Both the position numbers and the translations under genes were made by a program. A stretch of 64,000 nucleotides of DNA from Fibrobacterales bacterium (GTDB lineage: Bacteria > Fibrobacterota > Fibrobacteria > Fibrobacterales > JAOPTW01), in the NCBI GenBank assembly GCA_051532035.1, contig JAOPTW010000012.1, positions 32,001-96,000 of the forward strand, read 5' to 3'. Position 1 is the stretch's first letter, and each line of letters opens with the position of its first letter. Shown one piece after another: positions 38,599-49,817 of this stretch. The notes under the pieces were generated by a model. That model was not told the origin of the DNA. It was given only the letters and a program-made list of their open reading frames with translations, and made no database searches.

Positions 38599-41500
38599 AT
38601 GAATAAGGCACTATCTATCACACTATTGATTCTGTTACTTGGGGTGCCATCACTCTTTGCAAATATCAGTTCGAGCGCTGATCAAAAAAGCTCTGCTCTC
38701 GCACAAGATTCTGTGACACTTACGATGACGATAGTGGGCCAGGGGAGGTTAGGCGAAGAGGGGACGTTCAAGGTAGCTCAAGGAGAAGAGCTGAGCATCG
38801 GAGCTTATCCAATTGCCGGTCATGTTGTTGACTCTTGGGATGTTACCGAAGGGGACCCTACGTTTTTATTGAAAATAAGTCGAGGGATACATTTTATTTG
38901 TGAAGAAAACACTGCTATTACCGTTACCTTTATACGAACTACTATTGCATTTGATGGCATACAGGATGACTTTCACTACAGTGATGATGCCCTTGATAGT
39001 AACTATTCAAAAAAGGTGTGGTTTGAGTATACTGCCGCACAGCCTGGTACCTACGCTCTTACAATCGACGATCCCCATTCACAGATTAGTAAAGATTTTA
39101 CCTTTTTTGGTGGCGACTCTCTGTATCCAGAAATGGGCGGTGACTCAGTTGTATCATCGAGAGGTGAGATCTTTTTCAATTTTACCACTACAGAGGTTGA
39201 TGAGGTTGTCTATTTTAATGTGGCTACTGACAATTATCGATATAAGAGATTAACGTTTTCTCTGGGAATTGATTATTTGGCAAATCCAGTAGCGTTGAGT
39301 GTCACTCAAGCTTCAGGGGGGGAGATATTGATTATGGGAAACCCTTTGATTGAGAGTGGTGATTCTATAAAAGTTTATTATGAAAAGAACCCGGGGTATC
39401 AGTTTGAAGAGTGGGTGGTAACGAGCCATGGAGAGGTGCATGAAACACTTCACAGCAATACTGCATTTGTTGTACTCACGGGAGATGTAACTCTTACGGC
39501 AAAATATAGGCGCTTTCAACCTCACACCCTTTTAATGACAGAACAACAATTTAATTATACAACTTCTGCAGAGGGCCAACAGTATCAAAAGCGTGTATGG
39601 TTTTCGTTTCTTGCAGAGGATGTCGATGACTATGTTTTTGAAGTAGTGGATGGTGTAGAGGGTAATTATCCTATCGTCAACTATTTTGGAACAGATACCA
39701 GCTACACCAATGTATTGCGCGCTCCTCGTGTATTACCAGAGGGTAAAAGAGCCTTTCATTTTTCTAATACTCAAAAAGATACCCGGCATTTTTTCAGTGT
39801 GGTCGTTCATTCGACAGCAGCAGCTTCTCATAATTTTACTGCACTCGTAAAGAAAAGTTTTGCACTTACCTATACCGAAACAGCAGGCAACCGCCGGCAA
39901 GATCAGGTTTTTATGGCATCACCTGGCGAGAAGGTACTCTTTACTACCGGAGTAGTTTCAGGGTATGAATTTAATGAATGGCGTTTGGTGCAAGATTCTG
40001 ATAAGAGTATCTTAACAGAGGGGCTGAACCAAACTGCTGTTGTCGAAATGAATAGTGATGTAACCCTTAATATAGATGTAACGCGTATACCAAGACACTC
40101 AATAGGTGCGACGGAAACCGTTCTTAACTATACGACCAGTGCTCATTTGAATAATCCACGCAAGGGCATTTGGGTTGAATATGAGTCACCCGCCCCTGGG
40201 AAGTATGTATTGGAAATTGCTGATGATGGACGACGGGTGTGGTATAAACGCGTGAGCGGTTTTGGTTCAGATACAACTTATAGTGATAATGATTATCTGA
40301 ATGTTGATACTGGTACGGTCTATTTTCCTTTTGAGTCGACCGTTACCGATGAAAAACTAGTATTTGCACTTTTTACTGCTCGGGATTTAGATTACGAGGA
40401 AAATATCGCAGTCGTTGTTAAACCTTTGGCTCATCTTACTATTCAGAGTAATGAGTTTGGGAATACTAATATCACCCAAAAAAATGTAGGCATTGGATCA
40501 ACAGTACTGATAGAGGCGTGGGCTAAAAATGGGTATGCCTTTGTAAAATGGGAGCATAGTACTGGCCTCGCGGTGATTGATGATGTGACCAATAATAGAA
40601 CTACTGTTGCTTTGAGTGAAGATACTGAGATTACGGCAGTCTTTGCAAAGGCACCGGTGAAAGAGGTTACAAAAGATGCGCAGACCTTTACCTTTGGCAA
40701 GGATGTTGCAAAGGGATTTCGCTCCACTACTATTTGGTTTAAATACACGACTGATAAGGTTGGTATGTATACTCTTGAAATTAATGAAGAGGCGGTGAAA
40801 CCTAATATAAAGCATATTGATCATTATGGACTTGACTCGACATTTACCACCGTTGATAGTAGCACCAGGTGTAAAAAAGAAAAAGGTGCCTTTAATTTTA
40901 TGAGTGAAAGCATTGGTGCGGTCCATTACTTTGGTGTGAGAACAAATTCTTATGCGGTATTGACTGATTTTACCATTAAGGCTATTGCCTTTCAAGAAAG
41001 TGCAGCGTTAACAACCACTGTTCAAGGGCGTGGTTATTCGGTATTTGAAACAAACCCGATTGTAGAGTCGGGTGAAAAGGTTATGGTGCGAGCGGGGAGC
41101 CTAGAGGGCAGCTTTTTTAAAGAGTGGAAGCTTATGAGTGGTGATGCACTATTTGATGATCCGCATTCTGCCGAAACAGGAATTACAGTTAATAGTAATG
41201 CTGAAGTACAAGCGGTCTTTGAACCGTATACGGCGTATGTTATTACCGAAGACTACAAAAAATTTAATCATAATACCGAGGCTCAGGATACCTCTGGCTA
41301 TACGATGATTTTCATGGCCTATACTGTTAAAGATGTAGGAGAGCATATCTTTCAAGTCGATAGTATTACCTCATTTGGTTCCCTCGATTACTACGGTACT
41401 GATGCTACCTATGAAAATAATTCAAAAGGTACGTGGGGTGGAACCACCTATAAGTTTATTGACTTTACGGTTACAAAACCCAACACCACCTATTATTTTT

Positions 41501-42879
41501 CTGTGGGGGATTATAAAGTGTCGGGACTCGGAACCTTTACCGCACGGGTACGTAATAAAACAACCATGGTAAATATTACCGTTGAAGCATCGAAGGGTGG
41601 TAGGGCGTCTGCATCAAAAACAGTTGTTGATAATAGTCCCGCTACCGTAACACTACTTGCGAAGCCAGAAGATGGGTATGCGTTAGATTATTGGGAGACG
41701 GTCAGTGGCACAGGTACAGTGCACGATGAAACGTCTGCTGAAACAAAAGTAACCGTAGAGACCGACATAGTGCTTAAAGCATACTTTAAACCTATTGAGC
41801 GCTATGTATTGGTTCCTGGGATACATGTGTTGAATATTGCTGAGGATGCTGAACAGGTAAATCCTAGGGCACTCTGGTTTGAAGTGGAGGCTCCACAGTC
41901 GGGGACGTATACTATCGCCATTGATACCGTAGGGAATAGAATGAAAAGAGCACTGTACAGCTATAAGCAAGACTCAACCTATAACGAACTGGATGCTATA
42001 GAATATAAAACCGGAAGGATATTTTATAATGTTCCTCATTCGACAACACCAAAGAAATACTTTTTTCAAATCAGGTGTGAGAGAGAGTGCACTACCAATA
42101 GAGATTTTATTGTCTCAATGAGAAATATCGAAGATCATGTGGGCCTTATTCTATCGAATGAAATGGGGTATGTGGAATTTCTTGATAACACTATTGCCCT
42201 GCCTGGTGATACTCTTGGTATCGATATCACCCATTGGAAAGAGGGATATACTTTTAGCCATTGGAGCGTGACTGAAGGTGAAGCAGTGATTCTTGATTCA
42301 CTCTCGCCTCGGTCAGCCGTGGTTATGACAACAGATGCAGTGGTTACCGCGCACTTTTCCCCTAAGGTCATCCGAATTCCAGAGGATACTCTGTTGGTAG
42401 AAATTCCTGAACCTAAGGATAGGCCCTTATTAGATACACTTGCATTGGATACACTTTCATTAGACACGATAGAGACTGAAGAGATTATTGATGCTATTGA
42501 GCTTGATTCAATAATCCCAGAAAAGCCTATTGATTTGGATGACGAAGAGATGATTGATGAGGAAGTGTATGATGGTTTTGATGATGATGAAGTCGATGAG
42601 TTTGATGAGTTAAATGACTCTGAAGAATCTGATGATACTCCTGATACTGATTTCATTGCATCACTGAGGTTCAGAGAAGAGCATATTAGTGGTATGGGCC
42701 TACTCAAAGCAGGTGAGACAGAGGTTCTGGTCCCTAGCGGTGTGCAGACCATGGTGATTTATTCCATTACGGGGCAAAAGCTTTTTTCTGCTCATGGATC
42801 TGATTTTGTAGATGGAGCTGTTGCAATATTTCCGTCAGACTCGTGGGGGGCGGTCTCTGTTGTTATTTTCTATCGGTGA
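38599..42879 (+). CDS. Large secreted repeat protein (InlB-B-like repeats alternating with beta-sandwich modules), acidic linker, putative sorting tail
   Basis: About six GY.F..W and WF.Y...G.Y...D.TY units; tail IYSITGQKL...FYR. Confidence 0.75.
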   Translation: MNKALSITLLILLLGVPSLFANISSSADQKSSALAQDSVTLTMTIVGQGRLGEEGTFKVAQGEELSIGAYPIAGHVVDSWDVTEGDPTFLLKISRGIHFICEENTAITVTFIRTTIAFDGIQDDFHYSDDALDSNYSKKVWFEYTAAQPGTYALTIDDPHSQISKDFTFFGGDSLYPEMGGDSVVSSRGEIFFNFTTTEVDEVVYFNVATDNYRYKRLTFSLGIDYLANPVALSVTQASGGEILIMGNPLIESGDSIKVYYEKNPGYQFEEWVVTSHGEVHETLHSNTAFVVLTGDVTLTAKYRRFQPHTLLMTEQQFNYTTSAEGQQYQKRVWFSFLAEDVDDYVFEVVDGVEGNYPIVNYFGTDTSYTNVLRAPRVLPEGKRAFHFSNTQKDTRHFFSVVVHSTAAASHNFTALVKKSFALTYTETAGNRRQDQVFMASPGEKVLFTTGVVSGYEFNEWRLVQDSDKSILTEGLNQTAVVEMNSDVTLNIDVTRIPRHSIGATETVLNYTTSAHLNNPRKGIWVEYESPAPGKYVLEIADDGRRVWYKRVSGFGSDTTYSDNDYLNVDTGTVYFPFESTVTDEKLVFALFTARDLDYEENIAVVVKPLAHLTIQSNEFGNTNITQKNVGIGSTVLIEAWAKNGYAFVKWEHSTGLAVIDDVTNNRTTVALSEDTEITAVFAKAPVKEVTKDAQTFTFGKDVAKGFRSTTIWFKYTTDKVGMYTLEINEEAVKPNIKHIDHYGLDSTFTTVDSSTRCKKEKGAFNFMSESIGAVHYFGVRTNSYAVLTDFTIKAIAFQESAALTTTVQGRGYSVFETNPIVESGEKVMVRAGSLEGSFFKEWKLMSGDALFDDPHSAETGITVNSNAEVQAVFEPYTAYVITEDYKKFNHNTEAQDTSGYTMIFMAYTVKDVGEHIFQVDSITSFGSLDYYGTDATYENNSKGTWGGTTYKFIDFTVTKPNTTYYFSVGDYKVSGLGTFTARVRNKTTMVNITVEASKGGRASASKTVVDNSPATVTLLAKPEDGYALDYWETVSGTGTVHDETSAETKVTVETDIVLKAYFKPIERYVLVPGIHVLNIAEDAEQVNPRALWFEVEAPQSGTYTIAIDTVGNRMKRALYSYKQDSTYNELDAIEYKTGRIFYNVPHSTTPKKYFFQIRCERECTTNRDFIVSMRNIEDHVGLILSNEMGYVEFLDNTIALPGDTLGIDITHWKEGYTFSHWSVTEGEAVILDSLSPRSAVVMTTDAVVTAHFSPKVIRIPEDTLLVEIPEPKDRPLLDTLALDTLSLDTIETEEIIDAIELDSIIPEKPIDLDDEEMIDEEVYDGFDDDEVDEFDELNDSEESDDTPDTDFIASLRFREEHISGMGLLKAGETEVLVPSGVQTMVIYSITGQKLFSAHGSDFVDGAVAIFPSDSWGAVSVVIFYR

Positions 42880-42941
42880 TAGAGGCGCCTGTAAGACCGG
42901 GGTCAGCTTCTCGATTACTATTGAGTATTAAATGATATAGT

Positions 42942-42970
42942 AAAAGCCGAATCACTATGATTCGGCTTTT
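42942..42970. terminator. Bidirectional intrinsic terminator
   Basis: AAAAGCCGAATCA-CTA-TGATTCGGCTTTT between convergent genes. Confidence 0.85.
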
Positions 42971-42982
42971 GTATTTATAGGC

Positions 42983-44470
42983 CTACGAAAGCGTTAATTT
43001 CGCTACAGCCTGACTCAATTCCATACTACTAAAGGGTTTTTCTATAAATACATTACAACCCAACTTACTGAGGTCATCCAAATCTTGGGGGTTAGTATAT
43101 CCAGAGACAAGAATTATTGGGAGGGTGGGTTCAATGACTTTTAGAAGTTTACAGCAGTCTTTTCCACCCATTACAGGCATTACCATATCGAGAACGACCA
43201 GTTTTATTTCTTTCGAATGTTGTTTGTAAACATCAACTCCGGTATGTCCATTAGAAGCAGTGAGTACTGTATAGCCACAGTCTTCGAGAATAGCCTTTCC
43301 GACATCGAGCATCACTGGTTCGTCATCAATAAGGAGAATAGTGCCACTTCCTAGAGTGTTTGATTGTTGTTTCACATCGGGAAGGGGGGGGGCAGTAGTT
43401 ACAGGAATTTGAATGGTAAAGGTTGTTCCGTGCTCAGGTTCACTGGTAACCGTAATGGCTCCGTTATGCTGTTGAACCGATCTGTATACTACAGAAAGGC
43501 CGAGGCCTGTCCCATTGCCTTGTTCTTTGGTGGTAAAAAAAGGATCAAATATGTGGGTTATTACATCACTACTCATGCCATGACCAGTATCCGATACCCC
43601 AATTTCAATATATGCTCCAGGTGATAGGTCAAATGAGCTTGCACTGCAATCACTATCGTTCAGAGTGATTACTTTTGATGCAAATGAGAGTGTCCCTCCA
43701 TCGGGCATTGCATGTGATGCATTAATTCCGAGGTTAAGGAACATATTGTGTAACTGTGATGTTTCTCCCAAGACAATACTGGACTCATCGGTAAGAGTGG
43801 TGGTGAGTGTAATCCGTTTATCTATAGTGGTTTCGAGTAAAGAAACTGCATCACTCAGAATGGTATTCATGGCTACGGGTTCGGTGAGTGATTTGCTTTT
43901 ATGAGAAAATGAGAGAAGCTTGGAGGTTAAGTCTGCCGCGCGCTGGGCAGAGTCCATTATCAGTTTAATGTATTTACTCGTTTTCTCATTTTTTGGGATA
44001 TTTTTATCTAATAATTGTACACCACCCATTATACCGCCGAGCATATTATTAAAGTCGTGTGCAATACCACCTGCAAGGTTACCGATGGCATCAAGTTTTT
44101 GGCTTTGTACCAACTGTGCTTGAAGGTGCTCTTCACTCTCTCGGTGTGTTTTAGATACATATTGTTCTTGGAGTATCACTTCTATGATGGCCATAAAATT
44201 ATGAATATATTCATGATAAGGAGCAAATTGATTTTTGTCGCTTAATCTAATGGTGAGTGTACCAAAGTCATTGTTGTTTCGATTGAGTGTATAATTAATT
44301 GAAGTGTCATTTGGCGTAGAATCTTTAAATGGGGAATGATGTGCACTTGCCACTCCTGGAACATTTGCAAGCTCGCTACAAACCAAACTAAAGAGTGCAT
44401 CACTTGTGGGTAAATCTACCACATGGTTCTGCATGAGTAAGATCTTTTCAAGAATTACTGGATCTAACAT
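42983..44470 (-). CDS. Cytoplasmic hybrid histidine kinase/response regulator
   Basis: AGGIAHDFNN, DTGHGM, FTTK..GTGLGL, REC LDMVMP. Confidence 0.92.
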   Translation of the reverse strand: MLDPVILEKILLMQNHVVDLPTSDALFSLVCSELANVPGVASAHHSPFKDSTPNDTSINYTLNRNNNDFGTLTIRLSDKNQFAPYHEYIHNFMAIIEVILQEQYVSKTHRESEEHLQAQLVQSQKLDAIGNLAGGIAHDFNNMLGGIMGGVQLLDKNIPKNEKTSKYIKLIMDSAQRAADLTSKLLSFSHKSKSLTEPVAMNTILSDAVSLLETTIDKRITLTTTLTDESSIVLGETSQLHNMFLNLGINASHAMPDGGTLSFASKVITLNDSDCSASSFDLSPGAYIEIGVSDTGHGMSSDVITHIFDPFFTTKEQGNGTGLGLSVVYRSVQQHNGAITVTSEPEHGTTFTIQIPVTTAPPLPDVKQQSNTLGSGTILLIDDEPVMLDVGKAILEDCGYTVLTASNGHTGVDVYKQHSKEIKLVVLDMVMPVMGGKDCCKLLKVIEPTLPIILVSGYTNPQDLDDLSKLGCNVFIEKPFSSMELSQAVAKLTLS

Positions 44471-44895
44471 ACGAGTGTCACCTCATTCAATGGATACCTT
44501 CTTGTATCGAGTTCAATATAGAGTTATTGGTATCTATAATAATGCTTCTTTACAGGGCAAAAGTCAACGTTTTCAGCGTATAGAACCTCAAAAAAGTACA
44601 ATTACCCTTCTGCTAGAAAATCACAGTGGTAGGGGGTGATAAAAGGAGTGTATACCATGGGCACTTCTATAAATGCCTAATCAATACTGTAGCATCAATT
44701 AAAGAATGTGGAGTGTTTTTGTGCACATTCAGATTGTGCAGTTATGTTTGAACAGTTGAATTTTGGGGAGATTACTATTTTCTAATATGATACCTCGATT
44801 CGTACTCATCTATTCGAGAGACGCTCTCAATAGTTATCTTTGGGCGCAGTACTATAACAGAGTACCCACCCCCATATTTCACGAGAGGAATTATT

Positions 44896-45492
44896 ATGGA
44901 ACACATAGCAGCACTCCCCAAAGAAACCGTTGTAACACACCAAGTTGATGTATCATCAAACCCAGCTCCTTTAGGGTTATTAGGGTTTGGTATGACCACT
45001 GTGCTCCTTAATTTGCACAATGCCGGTCTTTTTGAATTGGGTTCAATGATTCTGGCTATGGGAGTCTTTTATGGGGGTATCGCACAAATCATGGCGGGGC
45101 TCATGGAGTTTAAAAAAGGGAATACTTTTGGTACAACCGCTTTTATCTCGTATGGATTTTTCTGGCTTTCTTTTGTTGCTCTGATTGTACTTCCCAAAAT
45201 GGGACTTGTCGAAGCGCCTCAAAAGCCAGCGATAATCTCCTTTTTAGTAATCTGGGGAATCTTCACGAGTGGAATGTTTTTGGGAACCTTAAAATTGAGT
45301 CGTGCATTACAGTTTGTTTTTGCCTCACTCGCGCTCCTCTTCTTTCTCTTGGCTATTGCCGACAGTACAGAAAACCCAGTATTGAAAGTGATCGCAGGAG
45401 TCGAGGGGATTATTTGTGGTTCAGCGGCTATCTATACGGCGTTTGCTCAGATCATTAATGAACTCTATGGAAGAGACCTGTTGCCTTTGTAA
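44896..45492 (+). CDS. satP: Acetate uptake transporter, GPR1/FUN34/YaaH family
   Basis: [34 protein letters not shown]. Confidence 0.92.
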   Translation: MEHIAALPKETVVTHQVDVSSNPAPLGLLGFGMTTVLLNLHNAGLFELGSMILAMGVFYGGIAQIMAGLMEFKKGNTFGTTAFISYGFFWLSFVALIVLPKMGLVEAPQKPAIISFLVIWGIFTSGMFLGTLKLSRALQFVFASLALLFFLLAIADSTENPVLKVIAGVEGIICGSAAIYTAFAQIINELYGRDLLPL

Positions 45493-45600
45493 AAACGTAC
45501 ACTATTAGAGAACATTTTCGACAAAGCCACAGGTGAATATCATTGAAGTAGCTATTTTTAATAGGTACATATAGTCTATAACGTACTACAGGGTGTAGCA

Positions 45601-46440
45601 GTGGCTGATAGCATAAATATAAAAGAGTATGTCGATTATACTGAGTTTTTGAATGACTGGTTTGACCATAAAAAGCAGGATTCAAATGCTTTTTCATATC
45701 GTATCATTTCTGAAAAAGCAGGATTTAAATCTAAGAGTCACCTTGCAGAGATTGTTAAGGGCAAAAAAGCGTTGGCTCGTACTGCAATTTTAAATGTGTC
45801 TCATGCCCTTGGCCTAAATGACGTTGAGGCGGAATACTTTGGTACGCTGGTTAATTATAAGACTGCAAAAAATACCGATGAGAAGAACATCCATTGGACT
45901 CGCATCTTAGAGTTGCAGCGCCCCCGCATAAATGATCGTAAAAAGTATGCAGAGTATCGACTCTTTGAGTGTTGGTATACCCTTCCGGTGCGTGAGATTA
46001 TCTCCGTTGTAAATTTTAAAGAAGATTACCGGTTTTTAGGAAAGCTGGTTAACCCACCTATTACTCCGAAACAGGCAAAAGAGTCCGTTGAAGTATTGGT
46101 TGAACTAGGGTTGTCCGAAAAGAAAGAGATATTCTATGAACAAAAACAGTTTGATATCTTAGTTGACCCCTTTATTCAAAAACTTGCTTTTAGAAATTAT
46201 CAAAAAGAAATTTTAACTCTTGGTGTTCAATCTATAGATGACTTGATTGATGGACGTCGAAACACCCAAACTATTTGCTTTGGCTCTAATCCCAGCTTAA
46301 ACAATCGGATTAATAAGATTATAGAACAATCCATCGAAGATATTTATTCTGCCGTGCAGCAGTTCCCTGAAGTTGACGAAGTCAAACAACTTAATATTCA
46401 ATATTTTTCACTCAGTAAACCTAACCTAACTAATAGATAA
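45601..46440 (+). CDS. TIGR02147-family protein (putative HTH regulator)
   Basis: EY.DY.EFL.DWF, FSYR..SEKAGFKS, WY...VRE, QLNIQYF. Confidence 0.88.
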   Translation: MADSINIKEYVDYTEFLNDWFDHKKQDSNAFSYRIISEKAGFKSKSHLAEIVKGKKALARTAILNVSHALGLNDVEAEYFGTLVNYKTAKNTDEKNIHWTRILELQRPRINDRKKYAEYRLFECWYTLPVREIISVVNFKEDYRFLGKLVNPPITPKQAKESVEVLVELGLSEKKEIFYEQKQFDILVDPFIQKLAFRNYQKEILTLGVQSIDDLIDGRRNTQTICFGSNPSLNNRINKIIEQSIEDIYSAVQQFPEVDEVKQLNIQYFSLSKPNLTNR

Positions 46441-46451
46441 ACGAGGACCTA

Positions 46452-48296
46452 ATGAAGATTTTACTGGCGCTTTTGCCCTTATTCTATATCGTTTCATGTG
46501 CCATTTCGAATGAGGCATCCGAAACGTCAGTTACCGGTATTGTCGTAATAGGGGATACCCCTGTCGCAGCTAAAATTACCATGGTACACAGTGATAGCTC
46601 TCATATTGTATTGTATGAAACTGAATCTGACTCTTTGGGGCGGTATCATATTGACGGAGTTATACCAGACACCTATACCCTCATATCTCAGACCGAGTGG
46701 AGCTATGGAGATATTGTGAATGCGGTTGAGGTTGAATCAGAATCAAATACGGTGGTCAATGTTTCACTTCATGAGTTTGTGCATACAAAACTTGTTCTTA
46801 AAGATGACTATGAAAAAGTCTCGTATTATGGAACTCCCTATGAGGAGTACCCTACGGACACCTTGGTGCATGTGCTTCCGGGAGAAAAGAATGTTATCGC
46901 CGTAAAAGAGAAGGGTGAGCCCGTTGTCTATTTTAATGCAATAGCTGATGAGCAGACGGGTGAAGTTATCTTTACTGCATATGATGAGAATGGGGACATA
47001 GAAGACCTATTACAAAACCCTACGGCCACTCAGAGCTCTTCGGATGTGAGTGATGTTCAAGAGCCGAGTAGTGCATTACAGGTTGTGTCATCATCAAGCT
47101 CAATAGTATCCGTGGTCAGTTCCGAAGTGGCAGACGTTGGAGGTGTATCAAGTGAGGAATCTTCTGCAGTTGTTGTTGAAGATCCTATCATCAGTAGTTC
47201 AGAAGCGGTGAGCTCGAGCTCTGAAATTATACCTGTTGAAGAGGATCCAATGTTTGTGTTTCCTTCACGGGAACTCGCTTCGTATAAGATCTATACCTGG
47301 CAGTCGATGGGGCCGTCAAGTTATGGTTGGAAGGTAAATCTTACTGGGGTTGTCAGTGAATTACCCAACAGTAGCTTGGTTGATATAGAAGAGGATGTGG
47401 CGTTGTTTAATACAATGGGTGTCGAGGAAGAATCAAGTCTGATGCGAGCCGTAGATGGGATGTTTTTGAAGGTGCCGGTTAAGGCGGGCCCTGGCCGAAC
47501 TTTTAGTGCGAGTATTGATGGGGATCACCTCGCGGTAGTCCAAGAGCCGGTGAATGATGACCTACAATATTCCACTCTGCTATTTAACATGAATGGAAGT
47601 GCTTTAGATACGTTAGATACCTTAGACGGTGGCTGGAGCATTCAGGTGTATGATGATATATATACCTGGAGAAGTCGAGACACTCTCTTTGTGCATTCGT
47701 TAGATGGCACCATACGCGATACTATTATAGAACCCATACAAATTTCATCAGTCAAAATTGGTGAAAATGGAATTCTCTATCGCTCTCAAATTGTTGAAAA
47801 TGATGTAACAATGCCTGCCCTCAAGTTATGGAGTAAAGGGAGTGAGGTTGTAACCCTCGGAAAAACATTCGGGAGCAGAGTACAGTATTATATGTATGGC
47901 GGTGTGATCGTTTGGACAGAAGAGAAAGCGGACAGCACTACGACCATTTATGGTTTACACAACGGTGAAAAAGGGGTTATTGCCGAAACAGAAAGTAAGG
48001 TGAAGTTAATTACCACTGACGGCCAATCGGCTCTTTGGCTTACTGAGGATAATAGTTTTGTATATTCTCACAATGGTAGCGCCGAAACTCTTTTTACTCA
48101 TGAAAGTAGCGTAATTACTATGGGCTTGTATAATAATAACCTTGTGTTTATCGCTAAAAATGTGGGCGACAATAATAATTACAATTTTTATGAGTACTCT
48201 ATAACGGAGGACTTGTTGAGTACCATAGATTCAGACTTTGGTTTTGGGCTTGAAGCAAGTTGTTATATTAATGGGAATGGTACTATAGGGTGGTAA
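46452..48296 (+). CDS. Lipoprotein: carboxypeptidase-regulatory-like domain, Ser-rich linker, propeller-like head
   Basis: Lipobox IVSC; TESDSLGRYHIDGVIPDTYTL. Confidence 0.7.
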   Translation: MKILLALLPLFYIVSCAISNEASETSVTGIVVIGDTPVAAKITMVHSDSSHIVLYETESDSLGRYHIDGVIPDTYTLISQTEWSYGDIVNAVEVESESNTVVNVSLHEFVHTKLVLKDDYEKVSYYGTPYEEYPTDTLVHVLPGEKNVIAVKEKGEPVVYFNAIADEQTGEVIFTAYDENGDIEDLLQNPTATQSSSDVSDVQEPSSALQVVSSSSSIVSVVSSEVADVGGVSSEESSAVVVEDPIISSSEAVSSSSEIIPVEEDPMFVFPSRELASYKIYTWQSMGPSSYGWKVNLTGVVSELPNSSLVDIEEDVALFNTMGVEEESSLMRAVDGMFLKVPVKAGPGRTFSASIDGDHLAVVQEPVNDDLQYSTLLFNMNGSALDTLDTLDGGWSIQVYDDIYTWRSRDTLFVHSLDGTIRDTIIEPIQISSVKIGENGILYRSQIVENDVTMPALKLWSKGSEVVTLGKTFGSRVQYYMYGGVIVWTEEKADSTTTIYGLHNGEKGVIAETESKVKLITTDGQSALWLTEDNSFVYSHNGSAETLFTHESSVITMGLYNNNLVFIAKNVGDNNNYNFYEYSITEDLLSTIDSDFGFGLEASCYINGNGTIGW

Positions 48297-48330
48297 CTCC
48301 TTACATTATTCGCACTAAAGAGAAGAAAAT

Positions 48331-48978
48331 ATGATACTTAAAGATCAGATGAATAAAATATATAGTTCAAAGACCCTTGATCAAATTCCCTGGAATTTTG
48401 AACATCCACCAAAAATCCTTGTCGAGTTGTTAGAGAAAGAGATAATCAAGCCATGTAGGATTATAGATTTAGGTTGTGGTGCTGGTAATTATATACTGTA
48501 TCTGGCAAGCCTGGGTTTTGATGCAACAGGAATCGATTTCTCGGAGGCAGCAATTAAAATTGCTACAAAAGCAGCATTGGAGAAAAATATCAAATGCACA
48601 TTGGAAGTTGATGGCGTACAGGATTATACCATTGATGAAGCGAATCTTTTTAATTGTGCATATGATTGGGAAGTATTGCATCATGTCTTTCCTGAAGAGA
48701 GGGAACAGTATGTTCACAATGTATCAAGGCTTCTTAAGCCAGAGGGGCACTATTTTTCTCTATGTTTTAGTGAAGAGAGTTCTCAATTTGGCGGCAAGGG
48801 GAAGTACCGAAAGACACCACTGGGCACTGAGCTCTATTTTTCATCACAAAATGAAATGAAGCTACTGTATGAAGAAGAATTTGATATTCAAGAATTAAAA
48901 ACCGTTGATGTCGAAGGCAAGTTTGGCCCACAAAGAGCCATATATGCATTCATGACAAAGAAGGCTGTCGCAAAATAA
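48331..48978 (+). CDS. Class I SAM-dependent methyltransferase
   Basis: IIDLGCGAG, GIDFS, LLKPEG. Confidence 0.9.
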   Translation: MILKDQMNKIYSSKTLDQIPWNFEHPPKILVELLEKEIIKPCRIIDLGCGAGNYILYLASLGFDATGIDFSEAAIKIATKAALEKNIKCTLEVDGVQDYTIDEANLFNCAYDWEVLHHVFPEEREQYVHNVSRLLKPEGHYFSLCFSEESSQFGGKGKYRKTPLGTELYFSSQNEMKLLYEEEFDIQELKTVDVEGKFGPQRAIYAFMTKKAVAK

Positions 48979-49034
48979 TCATCATACGTCAGCTCCTTCG
49001 AAATTCGACTTATTGATTGCTCACGACTTGGTAG

Positions 49035-49574
49035 TTAATGCCCCACTAGCTCCTTTGCAATCACCTTCAATAAGAACGTCTCTCTCTCAATCGAAAGACC
49101 TTTCTTATCACTATGAGAAATAACTTCTTCATTGTGCGCAATAGCCTCATGAATATTCATCCAAACAGGGGTCATCACATTTCTTACTTCATGTGATTCA
49201 TGAGCCGTTTCACCTAATTCCTCATCAATATCACACACATAGCAATACGAGATCATATGAATAATATCCGCATCAGATTTATACCATGGGCGGTATTCAT
49301 CGTATCGTGCAAACTCCTTTATATTGCGAACACCTCGTGCACCGGTTTCTTCCTTTAGCTCACGTATCAGTCCCGCGACTTCATCCTCGCCCTCATCAAT
49401 GCCGCCACCGGGTAGGCTGTAATCATGATATCGCTCTGTAAATAAGAGTAAAATAGAGTCTTGCTTAACCACTATGGCCCGCGCGGCATGTCGCTCAATG
49501 AGCGTAAGATCACTATCTGGAGAGATATCTGCAGGAGAGAAGTCGGGATGAAAAGCAGTTTTTAAAAGTCGCAT
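49035..49574 (-). CDS. NUDIX hydrolase
   Basis: Nudix box GGGIDEGEDEVAGLIRELKEETG. Confidence 0.92.
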   Translation of the reverse strand: MRLLKTAFHPDFSPADISPDSDLTLIERHAARAIVVKQDSILLLFTERYHDYSLPGGGIDEGEDEVAGLIRELKEETGARGVRNIKEFARYDEYRPWYKSDADIIHMISYCYVCDIDEELGETAHESHEVRNVMTPVWMNIHEAIAHNEEVISHSDKKGLSIERETFLLKVIAKELVGH

Positions 49575-49817
49575 AAATAAAAGCCTATTGGTGAGATCAT
49601 TAATTCTTTGTTCCTCTTATGAACCCTATACGAGCTAAACGGAACCGCGAATCAAAGTTAGAAAATCTGTAGAGTATTATAGGCTTGGTATACAAAAATA
49701 TCGTAAGTCACTTGTATTGTAGGCAACGTTCGAAAATATGTTTGTGGAAATCCCTCGTTTATGGATGGGCTATTTTATTATATTCTCTACAGATACAAGT
49801 TATAACTCGATAGGCCT

